Below are positions 35,501 to 45,300 of a stretch of 64,000 nucleotides of DNA, one piece after another. The position numbers and the translations under genes were made by a program. The stretch is taken from assembly GCF_000009045.1 (NCBI RefSeq), contig NC_000964.3:1798001-1862000 (forward strand). Direction: 5' to 3'. The notes beneath the pieces were generated by a model that ran no database searches, was not told the origin of the DNA, and worked only from the letters and a program-made list of their open reading frames with translations. Numbering within the stretch: the first letter of the stretch is position 1; each line of letters opens with the position of its first letter. Source of the stretch: Bacillus subtilis subsp. subtilis str. 168. Lineage in GTDB: Bacteria; Bacillota; Bacilli; Bacillales; Bacillaceae.

Positions 35501-36341
35501 TCTGGAGCAGAATCATAACCTTTCTTTACCTGATGTGGCATATACGCTTCAGGTTGGGAGAAAAGCCATGGAAGCAAGGCTCGCGATCGTTGCAAACAAT
35601 CAGGAGCAATTGGTGCGAAAATTGAAGGAATATGTGGAAGCAATGAAGAATGGTGGGGTATCAGGCCAACAGAGATCCCTTTATACAGGATATACAGAAG
35701 GGATTTTAGAAGAACAAGATGAAGCAGTTCTGCAAGCTCTCGCAAAAGAAAGAAATTTGGAAAACATCGCGGAATGCTGGGTGAAAGGATATCAGATTCC
35801 TTGGGAACTCCTTCATGATGGCGATGACGTTCGGATGGTTTCTTTACCTGGTTATCCATTTGCAAGGGAACGGTATTGGATTTCGTCAGGCACTCAGCAA
35901 TCAGAGGCCGTTAAACAGCATTCACAAGATATGAAAACAGAGATTGACGAGCCGAATGGCAAAACCCATATTCAAAAGATCATTGTTCAATTTTTAGCAC
36001 GAGAATTGGGCATATCTGAGGATCGAATCAATTTCAAAAGAAACTTCCTGGATTATGGGATGGATTCAATTCTTGGCCGAAAATTGATGCGGCATATCGA
36101 AAAAACCACGCAGCTGAAGATGGCCGGCCGGGAAATCCTTGAATGTCAGACAGTCCAAGCTCTATCTGACCATTTGGCCTTAAAAGCGGAAAAACAAAAT
36201 CATAGCGCAGCAGCACATCACATAAAGGGCACGTATACAGACGAGCAAATCATTGGATTGATGCAAGAGGTGGCGCTAGGGAAATTGGATTTTAAGAGTG
36301 TGCAAAACATCATAGAAGGGAGTAAATCGTATGAATCATAA
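23553..36341 (+). CDS. pksM: trans-AT PKS PksM: DH-ACP-KS-DH-KR-cMT-ACP-KS-KR-ACP-KS(0)-ACP-docking helices
   Basis: 4262-aa ORF. N-terminal DH (NHKVYGQALLPG), MT SAM motif (MEIGAGTGG), three KSs, and RBS AGGAG 7 nt upstream of the ATG. Confidence 0.97.
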   Translation: MITEQLHISLNNPIMSNHKVYGQALLPGLAYIDLIYQVFQEHGYAYQELELKNLTIFYPLIADESYDIALTIHVSERKEGTWSIIIDGQKQHGESLSDKRQYVTADMHRKEQTAFAESIDLNQWKSTADRILNLDEIYEQCRSQELVHTGMMKAEGQIYEAKEGAVIDLAVGQEALRHSDAFLFHPTLIDGSGIGSSCLISDQTMYLPLYYESFSASERLQKGCTARILSSSVRQKKELTYMTIEYFNSAGQKVAELKQFAGKSVRNMSAFHSAKEIQEERAAVSQNISRDYPAFEMYLRQLLAKQLERPAEQMDIHAGYYELGLDSSSLLTVVQEIGDKVGADLAPTLLFEFTTIAELAAHLADHYSIGEADDAVRQSPSPIDGVTSSPEIGEDIAIIGMAGRYPKAKNIQEFWEQLKAGTDCITEIPNSRWEWKESDGLDSPAGKPLSKWGGFIEEADCFDPQFFRISPREAEMMDPQERLFLETCWEAIEDAGYTPETIASPQGENKRQHVGVFAGVMHKDYSLIGAEALSEHNPFPLSLNYAQIANRVSYYCNFHGPSMAVDTVCSSSLTAVHLAIESIRNGECEAALAGGVNLSLHPAKYISYGSVGMHSSDGYCHTFGKGGDGYVSGEGVGTVLLKPLRKAEQDGDRIYAVIKGSAINHVGKVSGITVPSPVAQADVIEACLEKTGIDPRTISYVEAHGTGTSLGDPIEVQGLVKAFSRNTQDKQFCSIGSVKSNIGHAEAAAGISGLTKTVLQLHHKTLVPSLHSEELNPYLKLDQTPFFVQHETKEWEQPSFTENGVDVTYPRRAGLSSFGASGSNAHLILEEYIPAESHSETILTKNEEIVIPLSARNKDRLQAYALKLLDFLSEDVNLLALAYTMQAGRVEMEERAAFIVKDIKDLTAKLRAFANGEEEIEGCWTGRAKENQEAAGLASVNALNNNLIRDSEMMEMAKAWVQGKRVTWDDLYGDRKPLKISVPTYPFARERYWISVPEMKTSTVNHILHPLVHRNTSDFTEQRFSSVFTGTEFFLSDHVVQGQKILPGVAYLEMAREAAEKAAGDLDGEQRVVSLKDIVWVRPITIESEPKEIHIGLFPEDNGDISFDIYSSSEHKEEALTIHCQGRAVISDEAETSILNLSSIQTECSLDTVTSEQCYAAFRKIGLDYGEGYQGIEKVYVGKDQLLAKISLPAFLKNDKQHFALHPSLMDSAFHATVGFIVSSVNAAGQAQTLSLPFALQEVDIFSPCPEKIWSYIRYSSDSKAENKVRKYDIDLCDENGRVCVRMKGASMRALDGEQHSKPQLLTDSQLTGHTVMIPVWEPVSLEAEDNASFAGKRAVLCGAAEADRTFIKHHYPQISFVDIRPADDIEAIADKLQAYGSIDHVLWIAPSHRGSIGSDGQEEAVLHLFKLVKACLQLGYGEKQLEWSLVTVQAQPVTQHEAVQPAHASIHGLAGTMAKEYPHWKIRLLDLEKGCTWPVNHMFALPADRLGHAWAYRNQQWHQQQLIPYRSSLSGDTLYRKGGVYVVIGGAGYIGEAWSEYMIRRYQAQIVWIGRSQLNAAIQSKIDRLSALGPEPFYIAADAADKHSLQQAYEQVKKRHPHIHGIVHSAMVLFEQSLEKMKPEEFTAGLAAKIDVSIRMAQVFRQENVDFVLFFSSLVAHIKNVKQSHYASGCTFADAFAHQLSQSWACPVKVMNWGYWGNSEAAEDEHYVQLMNQIGLGLIEPAEAMKALEALLSGPVSQTAFIHTTKPVAVEGVNQNEFITLYPEQPSADAESLMERLPTTGRFQRVTHEELDDLLYRLLLGQLQTAELFDGYTLSVERLQQYKTREFYGKWIRQSSEFLLQHGYLKKVGDSLVRKDQAEDIELLWLEWNAKKEKWLKDSETKAMVVLAEAMLQALPDILTGKVPATDIMFPHSSMELVEGIYKHNQVADYFNKVLADTLLAYLDERLKHDPEASIRIMEIGAGTGGTSAGIFEKLKPYQKHINEYCYTDLSKAFLLHAEKEYGAENPYLTYQLFDVEKPIDQQEFEAGGYDVVIAANVLHATKNIRQTLRHTKAVMKNNGMLLLNEMAGNSLFPHITFGLLEGWWLYEDPAVRIPGCPGLHPDSWKAALESEGFESVFFPAEAAHDLSHQIVAASSNGLVRRMMKNVILPEKVVSQASNQEPAYIHTIDSEEAGQSKHALLREKSTEYMKKLIGETLKIPAGKIESSEPLEKYGIDSIVVVQLTNTLRKEFDHVSSTLFFEYQTIDALVEHFIKTKTEALMKLTGLDRQVQQHTPAESRTQSSQKPDQAAKRTRRFRKLGFSGEKETPTNTLASRDVAVIGISGRYPQAETAEDFWNNLKEGRNCIEEIPKDRWDWKAYYDKEKGKEGSIYTKWGGFIKDMDKFDPLFFQISPLEAERMDPQERLFLQTAYASIEDAGYTPDSLCSSRKIGVFAGVMNKNYPTGYGYWSIANRISYLLNFQGPSLAVDTACSSSLTAIHLALESIYSGSSDCAIAGGVNLVVDPVHYQNLSVMNMLSASDTCKSFGDDADGFVDGEGVGAIVLKPLQQAIADGDHIYGVIKASAINSGGKTNGYTVPNPHAQAQVIKEAIERADIPARTISYLEAHGTGTALGDPIEIAGLTKAFEKDTQEKQFCAIGSSKSNIGHCESAAGIAGLTKILFQFKYGQIAPSLHAQRLNPNIEFSHTPFVVQQQLGEWKRPVIGGQEVPRRAGLSSFGAGGSNAHIILEEYIPRTGAQTPKDHPPALIVLSAKNMERLQEKAEQLLTAIKQKRYCETDLIRIAYTLQTGREAMEERLAFIAESLEDLERKLNDFIENKADSLYLDRIDDNKKALAVLSADEDTEKIIEAWMSKGKYTKLLDLWVKGLSFDWGMLYGTQTPVRISLPAYPFAKERYWAPGAAKAPVSIEQDHDQQTEEPFKVMTFQEVWKEEPATLTSKRIKTLICFLTEREKQNAFASALKNVDQDTKVIFISQGEVYSKQSEYSYQIVRQEPVTFEKAFQSIKEELGEPDAILYMWPMEDKRCIKDHSCIVYLLQGMSAAKLHPSRLLLAGCFEDSLDRSYLESWIGFERSLGLVLPHTKVTGIFQPAEQGSMDDWTRKVWAELQASTEQTVLYQNLKRYVNHIEQTTIQPDNSKLKSGGTYLITGGVGGLGYLFAKHLAKNYAANLILTGRSPFNDEKQKQIKELKDLGGEAMYAEADVSDPIAMGDCVKRGKDRFGAINGVIHAAGIESDSAIFDKKIESFQRIIEPKINGTIALDEWLKNEDLDFMCYFSSSSAVLGDFGCCDYAIGNRFQMAYAQYRNELHNGKTFVINWPVWKDGGMKIGDEETTDMYLKSSGQRFLEAEEGIRMFEHILAQQDAQHLVIAGQPSRVSRFLGMTEPAIPEPATQAPLAQENKDEVKTLSIEKRLEHDLKEHIHTLLKISKDKLNLNKNWADFGFDSIYLAKFSNVLSKHFNIEVTPALFFGYSTLQELISFFLTDHKELIEAFYRDDASEAQKPPEAYAVIPVALEPEASKKSIRQVHDEPIAIIGMSGRFPQADSVHELWDNLKNGKSCISDIPGERRDWGRANRDPEKAVPRWGAFLKDIDRFDPLFFQISPKEAESMDPRQRIFLEEAWHTFEDAGYMGDRIKGKSCGVYVGVEEGEYAHLTGDTDYINGTQNATLSARIAYALDLKGPNMALTAACSSGLVAIHQACSALRQGDCEMALAGGVSLNISHMSFEALTRAEMLSPNGQCKVFDQDANGLVPGEAVAAVLLKPLSKAIEDKDHIYGCIKASGVNYDGKTNGITAPNPFSQAELIENIYEKNEINPLDIQYVMAHSTGSNLGDPLEVQALTSVFSKYTKQKQFCMISSIKPLIGHTFAASGTVALISMLMAMKNQIIPATHHCESENPYIPFKESPFVLCKENRSWIKKNQKPRMGTISTTGISGTNAHAVIEEYIPDDQPSTQRHQGSPQIFVISAQNDDRLQDAACRMIAYLEQNHNLSLPDVAYTLQVGRKAMEARLAIVANNQEQLVRKLKEYVEAMKNGGVSGQQRSLYTGYTEGILEEQDEAVLQALAKERNLENIAECWVKGYQIPWELLHDGDDVRMVSLPGYPFARERYWISSGTQQSEAVKQHSQDMKTEIDEPNGKTHIQKIIVQFLARELGISEDRINFKRNFLDYGMDSILGRKLMRHIEKTTQLKMAGREILECQTVQALSDHLALKAEKQNHSAAAHHIKGTYTDEQIIGLMQEVALGKLDFKSVQNIIEGSKSYES
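28930..29990 (+). other. C-methyltransferase domain of PksM
   Basis: EIGAGTGG, YxYTDLS and AANVLHAT motifs. Confidence 0.9.
36316..36322 (+). promoter_or_regulatory. RBS for pksN (ATG 36331)
   Basis: AAGGGAG, 8 nt before ATG 36331. The ATG overlaps the pksM end (ATGAATCATAA). Confidence 0.75.
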
Positions 36342-39300
36342 AGAAATTCTCGATGCCTTCAGATCAGGAGAATTAACCATTTCTGAGGTGGAAGAACATC
36401 TTAAAGGCATGAAGCGGCAGTTGAAAAGCCCGCTTTCAGAAGGGCAAAAAGGGCTGTGGATGCTTCAAAAAATGTCTCCTGGGATGAGTGCATATAACAT
36501 TCCTTTATGCTTTCGCTTCAGCAAACCAATACATGCAGAGACGTTCAAGAAAGCCCTTCTGTTTGTACAGAGACAATATCCGGTCTTAGCCAGTGTGATT
36601 CAAGAAGAAAATGGCATTCCATTTCAATCGGTTCAGTTATCAAAGGATCTTTATTTTGTGGAAGAGGATATATCAGCAATGAAATCAGCAGATATTATGC
36701 CTTTTCTAAAAGAAAAAGCAAAAGAACCTTTCCAGTTGGAAGCTGGTCCGTTATGGCGCACACACCTTTTTCATCGGTTAGAAGAATGCATTGTTCTTAT
36801 AACAATTCACCATATCATATTTGATGGTGTGTCGATGCTGACATTGATATCGGCGCTATTCGAAGCGTATCAACAATTGCTGAATGGGATTGAACCCTTG
36901 CAGCAGCCATCAACAGCTGATTATTACGATTTTGTCGATTGGGAAAATCGAATGCTGACTGGCAGAGAAGGGGAAGAGCATCTCGCTTACTGGAAAGAAC
37001 AGTTGTCTGGGAGTCTGCCAGTTCTTGATTTGCCTGCTGACCGTCCGCGGTCTTCAGCACGAAAATTTAAGGGGCAAGCTTATAAAAGCTTGCTCCCTCA
37101 TCACCTGAGAAATCAAATTAAATCGTTTGCCCGCACCAATCATGTGAATGAATCGGTTGTGTTTCTCTCCATTTACAAAGTGCTGCTGCATCATTATACA
37201 AAACAAAAGGATATCATTGTTGGCGTTCCGACAATGGGTCGGCAAGAAGACAGATTTGAAACCCTAATCGGTTATTTTATCAATATGATGGCTGTTCGGA
37301 GCAAGAATATCGGATCTCAGCCATTAACAGCATTTATTCGGGAACTGCAGCTGACAGTGGCTGTCGGCCTGGATCATGCGGCGTTTCCGTTCCCTGCATT
37401 GGTAAGAGAGCTGAATGTAGACCGCTCGGCCGCGGATTCTCCGGTTTTTCAAACAGCTTTTCTGTACCAAAACTTTTTTCAGGCAACAGGCTTGCAAAAA
37501 GTGCTTGAACCGTATCAAACGCTTGGCATCGAATATATTGAAGACATTCGGCAAGAGGGTGAATTTGAGCTGGCGCTCGAAATATATGAGCAAGAAAATG
37601 AAACAGTGCTTCATCTTCTGTACAACCCTGATTTGTACGAACTGTCCTCCATTGAAAGCATGATGGAGAACTATATGAAGCTCGCGCAGCACATGATGGA
37701 GGACCCGTCTTTGCCGCTTGAAGCCTACTCTTTGCAATTAAATCAAGAACAAACTAGTTTGCTGGAACAATGGAATGCGACAGGGACAAACATCGCAAAT
37801 GACAAGTGTATACATGAGGTGTTTGAGGAAAAAGCGAAACAAACCCCCGATGCGGTTGCTGTGATGTTTGAAGACAGATCACTTACATATAAAGAAGTAG
37901 ATGAAAAAAGCACATCTGTGGCAGTCTACCTTCAACATCAGGGTGTTAGACCTGAACAGCCCGTTGGCATTTGTGCAGAGCGTTCGTTTGATATGATCAT
38001 CGGAATTTTAGGAATACTGAAAGCTGGCGGAGCGTATGTGCCGTTAGATCCAAGTTTTCCGCAAGAACGATTAAAGTACATGCTCAAAGACAGTCAGGCA
38101 TCCATTGTCCTCACCCAACCTAACGTTCATGATAGGATCAGCGGATTAACTGGCAGCCATGTAAAAGCGATCAATATCGAGTTAGCTTGCCGAAACGGTT
38201 ATACAGACCAGCAAAGCAGCGGTTTAAAGCGGGAAGTAAAACCGGAACACCTCGCTTATATTATTTATACATCGGGAAGCACCGGAGAGCCTAAAGGGGT
38301 TATGGTAGAGCATCGGAGCATTATGAATACCCTGAATTTTCTTGAATCTCACTATCCTGTAACGGCTGAGGATGCATATTTATTGAAGACGAACTATGTG
38401 TTTGATGTATCGATCTCAGAATTATTCGGATGGTTTATTGGAGATGGCCGTCTAGTGATTCTTCCGCCTAATGGGGAGAAATCACCGCAGCTTTGCATGG
38501 ATTATATTGAAACATATAAAGTGACTCACATTAATTTTGTGCCGGCCATGCTGCATGTTTTTTTAGAAATGGCGAAAGACAACAAGCGATTCACAGAGGA
38601 CGGTCCGCTGAAGTATATGATGGTTGCAGGTGAAGCCTTCCCTAAAGTATTAGTGAAAAAGGCGGTATCGCTCTTTACAAACTGCCGTGTTGAAAATATA
38701 TACGGACCGACGGAAGCCTCCATTTACGCTGCGTATTTCGGATGCGGAAAAGGAGATATCGCAAGTCACCATACACCGATTGGAAAGCCTGTTTCCAACA
38801 CGAAAATTTATATTGTGGACCAGCATTTGAAGCCTGTCCCGATCGGAAAGCCAGGTGAGCTTTGCATCGCTGGAGCCGGCTTAGCAAGAGGCTACTTTAA
38901 AAAGCCGGGGCTTACGGCTGAAAAATTTATTGATAATCCCTTTGAATCAGGGACGAAGCTATATAAATCGGGTGATTCAGCAAGGTGGCTTCCTGACGGC
39001 AACATAGAATACTTGGGACGGATTGACAGCCAAGTCAAAATACGCGGTTTTCGCGTCGAGCTGGGCGCAATAGAAACAAAGCTGGGTGAATTTCCGGGCA
39101 TTTTAGATCAGGCGGTAGTGGTGAAGCAGCTTGAGGGCCATCAACAGCTCGCTGCTTATTATACAGAGGAAAGCGGACATGCCTCTGCCAATCCAAAAGA
39201 TTTGCGCCTTCATCTAAAATCGAGTCTGCCCGAATATATGATACCTTCACACTTTATCCGCTTAGATGAGCTTCCATTATCGCCCAGCGGAAAAGTGAAC

Positions 39301-42300
39301 CGTAAAGAATTAGAAAAACGCGAGATCGTGTTCAACAGAAGGAAACCAAATCACTTGCAATTAACGGAAATAGAGGATCAGGTGCTGCGCATTTGGGAGG
39401 AAACGCTCAAGGTCAGCGGATTTGGGCCGGAAGACGGATTTTTCGATGCGGGCGGCGATTCGCTTCTGGCTGTAGCTGTGGCTGAACGAATCAAAAAAGA
39501 ATTCGATTGTGAGTTTCATGTTACTGAGCTGTTTGAGTATTCCACGATCCGTGCAATCAGTGAATACATTTTGGAGATGAAAAACTCAGATCTAGCCGGG
39601 ACACAAAATGAAGATGATCATGATGACAAAAAAGATGGAAAATACCCGAAACAGAAGATTCCCCCTTATTTTGACGACAGTGTTGCGATTGTGGGGATAT
39701 CTTGCCAGTTCCCGGGTGCGAAAAATCATCATGACTTCTGGAACCACATCAAAGAAGGCAAAGAAAGCATACGATTCTTTTCTGAAGAAGAGCTTCGCGC
39801 AAATGGAGTTCCCGAAGAATTGATACAGCATCCTGACTATGTGCCTGTGCAATCTGTGATCGAAGGGAAAGACTTATTCGATCCCGGTTTCTTTCAAATC
39901 TCGCCAAAAGATGCTGAGTATATGGACCCTCAGCTTCGCCTCTTATTGCTGCACTCCTGGAAAGCGATTGAAGATGCAGGATATGTGGCTAAGGAGATTC
40001 CGGCAACAAGTGTATATATGTCTGCAAGCAGCAATTCATATAGAACGTTATTGCCGAAGGAGACAACAGAAGGACATGAATCACCGGATGGCTATGTCTC
40101 TTGGGTTTTAGCCCAAAGCGGAACCATTCCCACAATGATCTCACATAAGCTCGGATTAAAAGGGCCAAGCTATTTTGTTCATTCTAACTGTTCTTCATCA
40201 CTAGTCGGTTTATATCAAGCATACAAAAGCCTGACATCGGGCGAATCACAATATGCGCTTGTCGGAGGCGCAACATTGCACGCACAATCAGCGATCGGCT
40301 ACGTGCACCAAAACGGGTTGAATTTTTCAAGCGACGGGCATGTGAAGGCGTTCGATGCTTCGGCGGACGGAATGGCCGGAGGTGAAGGCGTAGCAGTCAT
40401 CCTGCTGAAAAAAGCTGTGGATGCCGTAAAAGACGGAGACCATATTTATGCCATTATGCGCGGAATAGGCATCAATAATGATGGGGCAGAGAAGGCAGGC
40501 TTCTATGCGCCAAGTGTAAAAGGCCAAACAGAAGTGATACAGCATGTATTGGATACAACCAAGATCCATCCTGAAACGGTCAGTTATATTGAAGCGCACG
40601 GGACGGGAACGAAATTAGGCGATCCTATTGAAATGTCTGCTCTAAATAAAGTGTACAAGCAATACACCGACAAAACACAATTTTGCGGAATTGGTTCAGT
40701 GAAAACGAATATCGGCCATTTGGATACAGCTGCGGGGTTAGCCGGATGTATTAAAGTTGCGATGAGTTTATACCATAATGAACTTGCACCGACCATCAAC
40801 TGTACGGAGCCGAATCCGGATATAAAGTTTGAAAGCTCTCCTTTTTATGTTGTCCGTGAACGAAAATCGTTAGAGAAACACGCAGGTGTCCATCGGGCGG
40901 CTCTGAGCTCATTCGGCCTTGGCGGAACTAACGCCCATGCAATATTTGAGCAATATGAAAACATTTCTGATGCAGGTGCCGAAAACGAAGGCAATCAGCC
41001 TTACATCATTCCTATATCAGCAAAAAATAGTGAACGGCTCCAAGTATACGCGAAGGAAATGCTGTCCTATATCAGTCAAGACGAGCAAAGGCATTTCTCT
41101 TTAAGAGATATTGCATATACCTTCCAAGTCGGCCGTGAAGCAATGGATAACAGGATCGTTTTTATAGTGAACGATCTGGAAGAGTGGAAACATCAGCTGG
41201 AAGCTTTTGTGACTGGAAAGCCGCTCGCAGAAGGCTGTATTCAAGGAGAAAAAACGAGAATGACATCCGCTGAACAGCTGCTTGGAAATGCTGAAGCAGA
41301 TGATATGGCTTCATCGCGGATATCAAAAGAAGAATTGAGAAAGCTTGCCGAGATGTGGGCAAATGGCTTTCACGTTGAATGGCGCAGGCTCTATCCAAAT
41401 ATAAAGCCACGCCGCATCAGCTTGCCGACATACCCTTTTGCCGAAGAACGATACTGGCCTGAAAGCAGCACCGGCGCTATCACAACAATTGAACCATCTC
41501 GTTTGCATCCTTTGGTGCACCATAATACATCGGTTCTGTCAGAGCAGCGTTTCAGCTCCATTTTCACAGGACAAGAGTATTTTATTGCCGAGCATATCAT
41601 TAAAGGCATGGCGATTTTGCCGGCGGCGGTCACGCTTGAAATGGCAAGAGCCGCTATAGAACAAGGAATTGGCGGATTGGAGGATCATGAAACTGGAATC
41701 AGGCTGAAAAATGTCGTGTGGGTTCGCCCGGTTGTAGCAGGAAGTGAGCCGGTTCAGGTAAATATCGGACTTTACGATGAAGATGGCGGACATATTGCTT
41801 ATCGGATGTATGGTGATCCGGAATCCGCTGATGCAGAACCAGTTGTATATAACCAAGGTAAAGCGGAATTGATTCAGTTAAAGCGAGAAAAAGCACTGGA
41901 TCTTTCTAAGATCAAGAAACAATGTGATCAAAGCAAAATGGATGCTGCCTCGTTTTATGAAGGGATGATCGGCGCCGATTACGGTCCAGGTTACAAGAGT
42001 GTAGAGGCCGTATATAAAGGCGACGGCCAGCTGCTTGCCAAATTATCACTGCCAGAATCTGTTGCACATACGTTGGGCGATTATGTTCTTCATCCAAGTG
42101 TAATGGACGGGGCGTTACAGGCGGCTGAATATTTGCAAAATGTCGTCAGAGCGGAACTTTCAGACACTGAAGACTTTAAGGCAGCACTGCCATTTGCACT
42201 GGAGGAACTTGAGGTTTTTCGTCAGTGCGTTTCTGACATGTGGGTTTATGTTCAATTCAACTCGAAAAACAAACCAGGAGATTTGATACAGAAAGTCGAT

Positions 42301-45300
42301 ATTCACCTATGTGATGAGCATGGCATGATCTGTGTGCGGCTGAAAGGATTTTCGACGAGAGTGATGGAGGCAGATATACAAACCGAACCATCAAAAATCA
42401 ACGCTGAAACTTTATTGCTTCAGCCCGTTTGGCAAGAACAAAAGGCTGCTAACAGCTTAGCTGCAAAAAAATATGCAGAGCATCTCGTATTCCTATGTGA
42501 ATATGATCATGAGACGAGAAAACAAATTGAAGCAGCCATCGAGGATGTCCATGTATACAGCCTGGAAGCAAGGCCTTCTTCAGTAGATGGGCGTTTCCAT
42601 TCTTATACAGAACAAGTGTTTAAAAAGGTACAAGAGATCATTCGTACGAAACCGAAAGACGGCATTCTCGTTCAGATCGTGACCTCTGCCGAGGGAGAAC
42701 AGCAATTGTTTTCAGGGTTGACAGGACTGCTGAAAACAGCTTGTCAGGAAAATGCCAAACTAACCGGCCAAATGATTGAAGTCAGCAGTGAAGAAAGTGG
42801 AGAAAGCATTGCTGGCAAACTGTTAGAAAATCAAATGAGCAGCGATTCATATGTCAAATATCAAAACGGGACACGGTATATTGCTGATTGGCGTGAAATC
42901 AAACAGGCAAAAGGAGACGGCAGCAAACCGTGGAAAGACAATGGCGTTTATCTCATTTCAGGAGGTGCCGGCGGACTAGGTCATATTTTTGCAAAGGAAA
43001 TTGCGGAACAAACGAAAAATGCGACAGTCATTCTGGCGGGCCGCTCACCTCTTAGCGAAAGCAAAAGCAAAAAGCTGAAAGAGCTTCATAGCAAGGGGGC
43101 TGACATCACCTACCGGCAAACAGATGTTACCAATAAAATTGAAGTCTATCAGCTCATTGACGACATTCAAAAAAGATATGGCCGTCTGAACGGTATTCTT
43201 CATAGTGCCGGAATCATCAAGGACAGCTACCTGGTTAATAAACAGGCAAAAGATCTGCACGATGTACTGGCGCCTAAAGTAAAAGGGCTTGTTTATCTAG
43301 ACGAAGCGAGTAAGGATTTGCCTTTAGACTTCTTTATTCTCTTTTCATCTCTTTCAGGAAGTTTAGGGAGCATTGGTCAGTCTGACTATGCGGCAGCCAA
43401 TGTATTTATGGATATGTATGCAGGCTATCGAAATAGGCTTGCCGACCTCAGCCAGCGGCATGGGCAGACGCTTTCTGTAAACTGGCCTTTATGGAGAGAT
43501 GGAGGCATGCAGGTCGATCAAGAAACTGAGAAAAGGCTTGTGCAACTTGCCGGTATTGTTCCTATGAGGGCGGAAAAAGGAATTCAGGCATTATATCAAG
43601 CACTTCATTCAGAGGCAAACCAAGTAATGGTGATCGAAGGCGATGTGCAGAAAATAAAACAAAACATGCTGGCCAAAAACGCCTCAGCACCTATGGAAAA
43701 GAAGGAAGCAGAACACATGACTGAACAAATAAATAGCATTGATGCAGACAGTTTGCTGGATAAAGTAAAGGCGATGTTAAAGCGAGAGATCGCCAAGCTG
43801 TTAAAGGTCAAGCTTGAAACGATTGACGATCATGCAGAGATGACGGTGTATGGTTTTGATTCTATCTCCATGACTGAATTCACCAACCATATCAATCGCG
43901 CCTATCAGTTAGAGCTGACGCCAACCGTATTTTTTGACCACCCGACGATTCATGCGTTTGGCAAGCATTTGTCAGAAGAATATCAATCGGTATTTGCGAA
44001 GACATTTGCTGTGCGCGCTGTATCGGCTCAGCTTCAGCCTGCTGCGAAACAGGAACAAGCCGTGCGTGCCAAAGCTAAAAGACGCAGAAAGCAGCAAGTC
44101 ATGCTGCCAAACGCCATACAGAGTGATGCTGGGCCTGAGCCAATTGCCATTGTGGGCATAAGCGGGATTTTCCCTATGGCGAAAGACGTTGAGGCGTACT
44201 GGAACATCTTAAAAGAGGGCAAAGACTGCATGACGGAAATCCCGAAAGATCGCTGGGATTGGCGTGAATATGAAGGTGATCCGGCGAAGGAAGTCAATAA
44301 AACGAACGTGAAATGGGGCGGTTTTATTGACGGTATTGCAGATTTTGATCCATTATTCTTTGGCATTTCCCCGCGTGAAGCTGAACAAATGGAACCTCAG
44401 CAGCGCTTACTGCTGACTTACGCCTGGAAAGCGATCGAAGATGCAGGATATTCGGCGAAAAGGTTGTCAGGCACAAAAACCGGCGTCTTCATCGGAACGG
44501 GAAATACAGGATACAGCTCTCTTCTATCTAAAGCGAACTCGGCAATAGAAGGATCAGCGGCAGCCAATACGAGCCCATCGGTCGGTCCGAACCGGGTCAG
44601 TTATTTCCTTAATCTGCATGGGCCGAGCGAACCGGTTGATACAGCGTGCTCAAGTTCACTAGTGGCGATCCACCATGCCATCTCTTCAATTGAGGAAGGC
44701 ACTTGTGACATGGCATTAGCCGGCGGTGTAAATACGATTATCCTTCCTGAGGTGTATATCAGCTTTGATAAGGCGGGAGCACTGAGCAAAGAAGGAAAAT
44801 GCAAGACGTTTTCAAATCAAGCCGATGGTTTTGCACATGGGGAAGGTGCCGGCATACTGTTCCTGAAAAAATTAAAAGCGGCTGAAGAAGCGGGAGACCA
44901 TATTTACGGAGTCATAAAAGGCAGTGCAATCAATCACGGCGGCCGTGCAGCCTCTTTAACGACTCCCAATCCGAAGGCGCAGGCAGATGTTATTCAGTCG
45001 GCATATCAAAAAGCGGGAATCGACCCGAAAACCGTGACCTACATTGAAGCCCACGGAACCGGAACGGAGCTTGGAGACCCGGTTGAAATTAACGGTTTGA
45101 AATCAGCTTTTAAAGCATTGGGTGTAAATGAAGGAGACACATCAGCCAATCCTTACTGCGGATTAGGGTCTGTAAAGACAAACATCGGCCACTTATCGCT
45201 GGCAGCCGGTGCAGCAGGAGTTATTAAAATATTATTGCAGCTTAAGCATAAAACCTTAGTGAAAAGTCTGCATTGCGAAAACGTGAATCCATACATTCAG

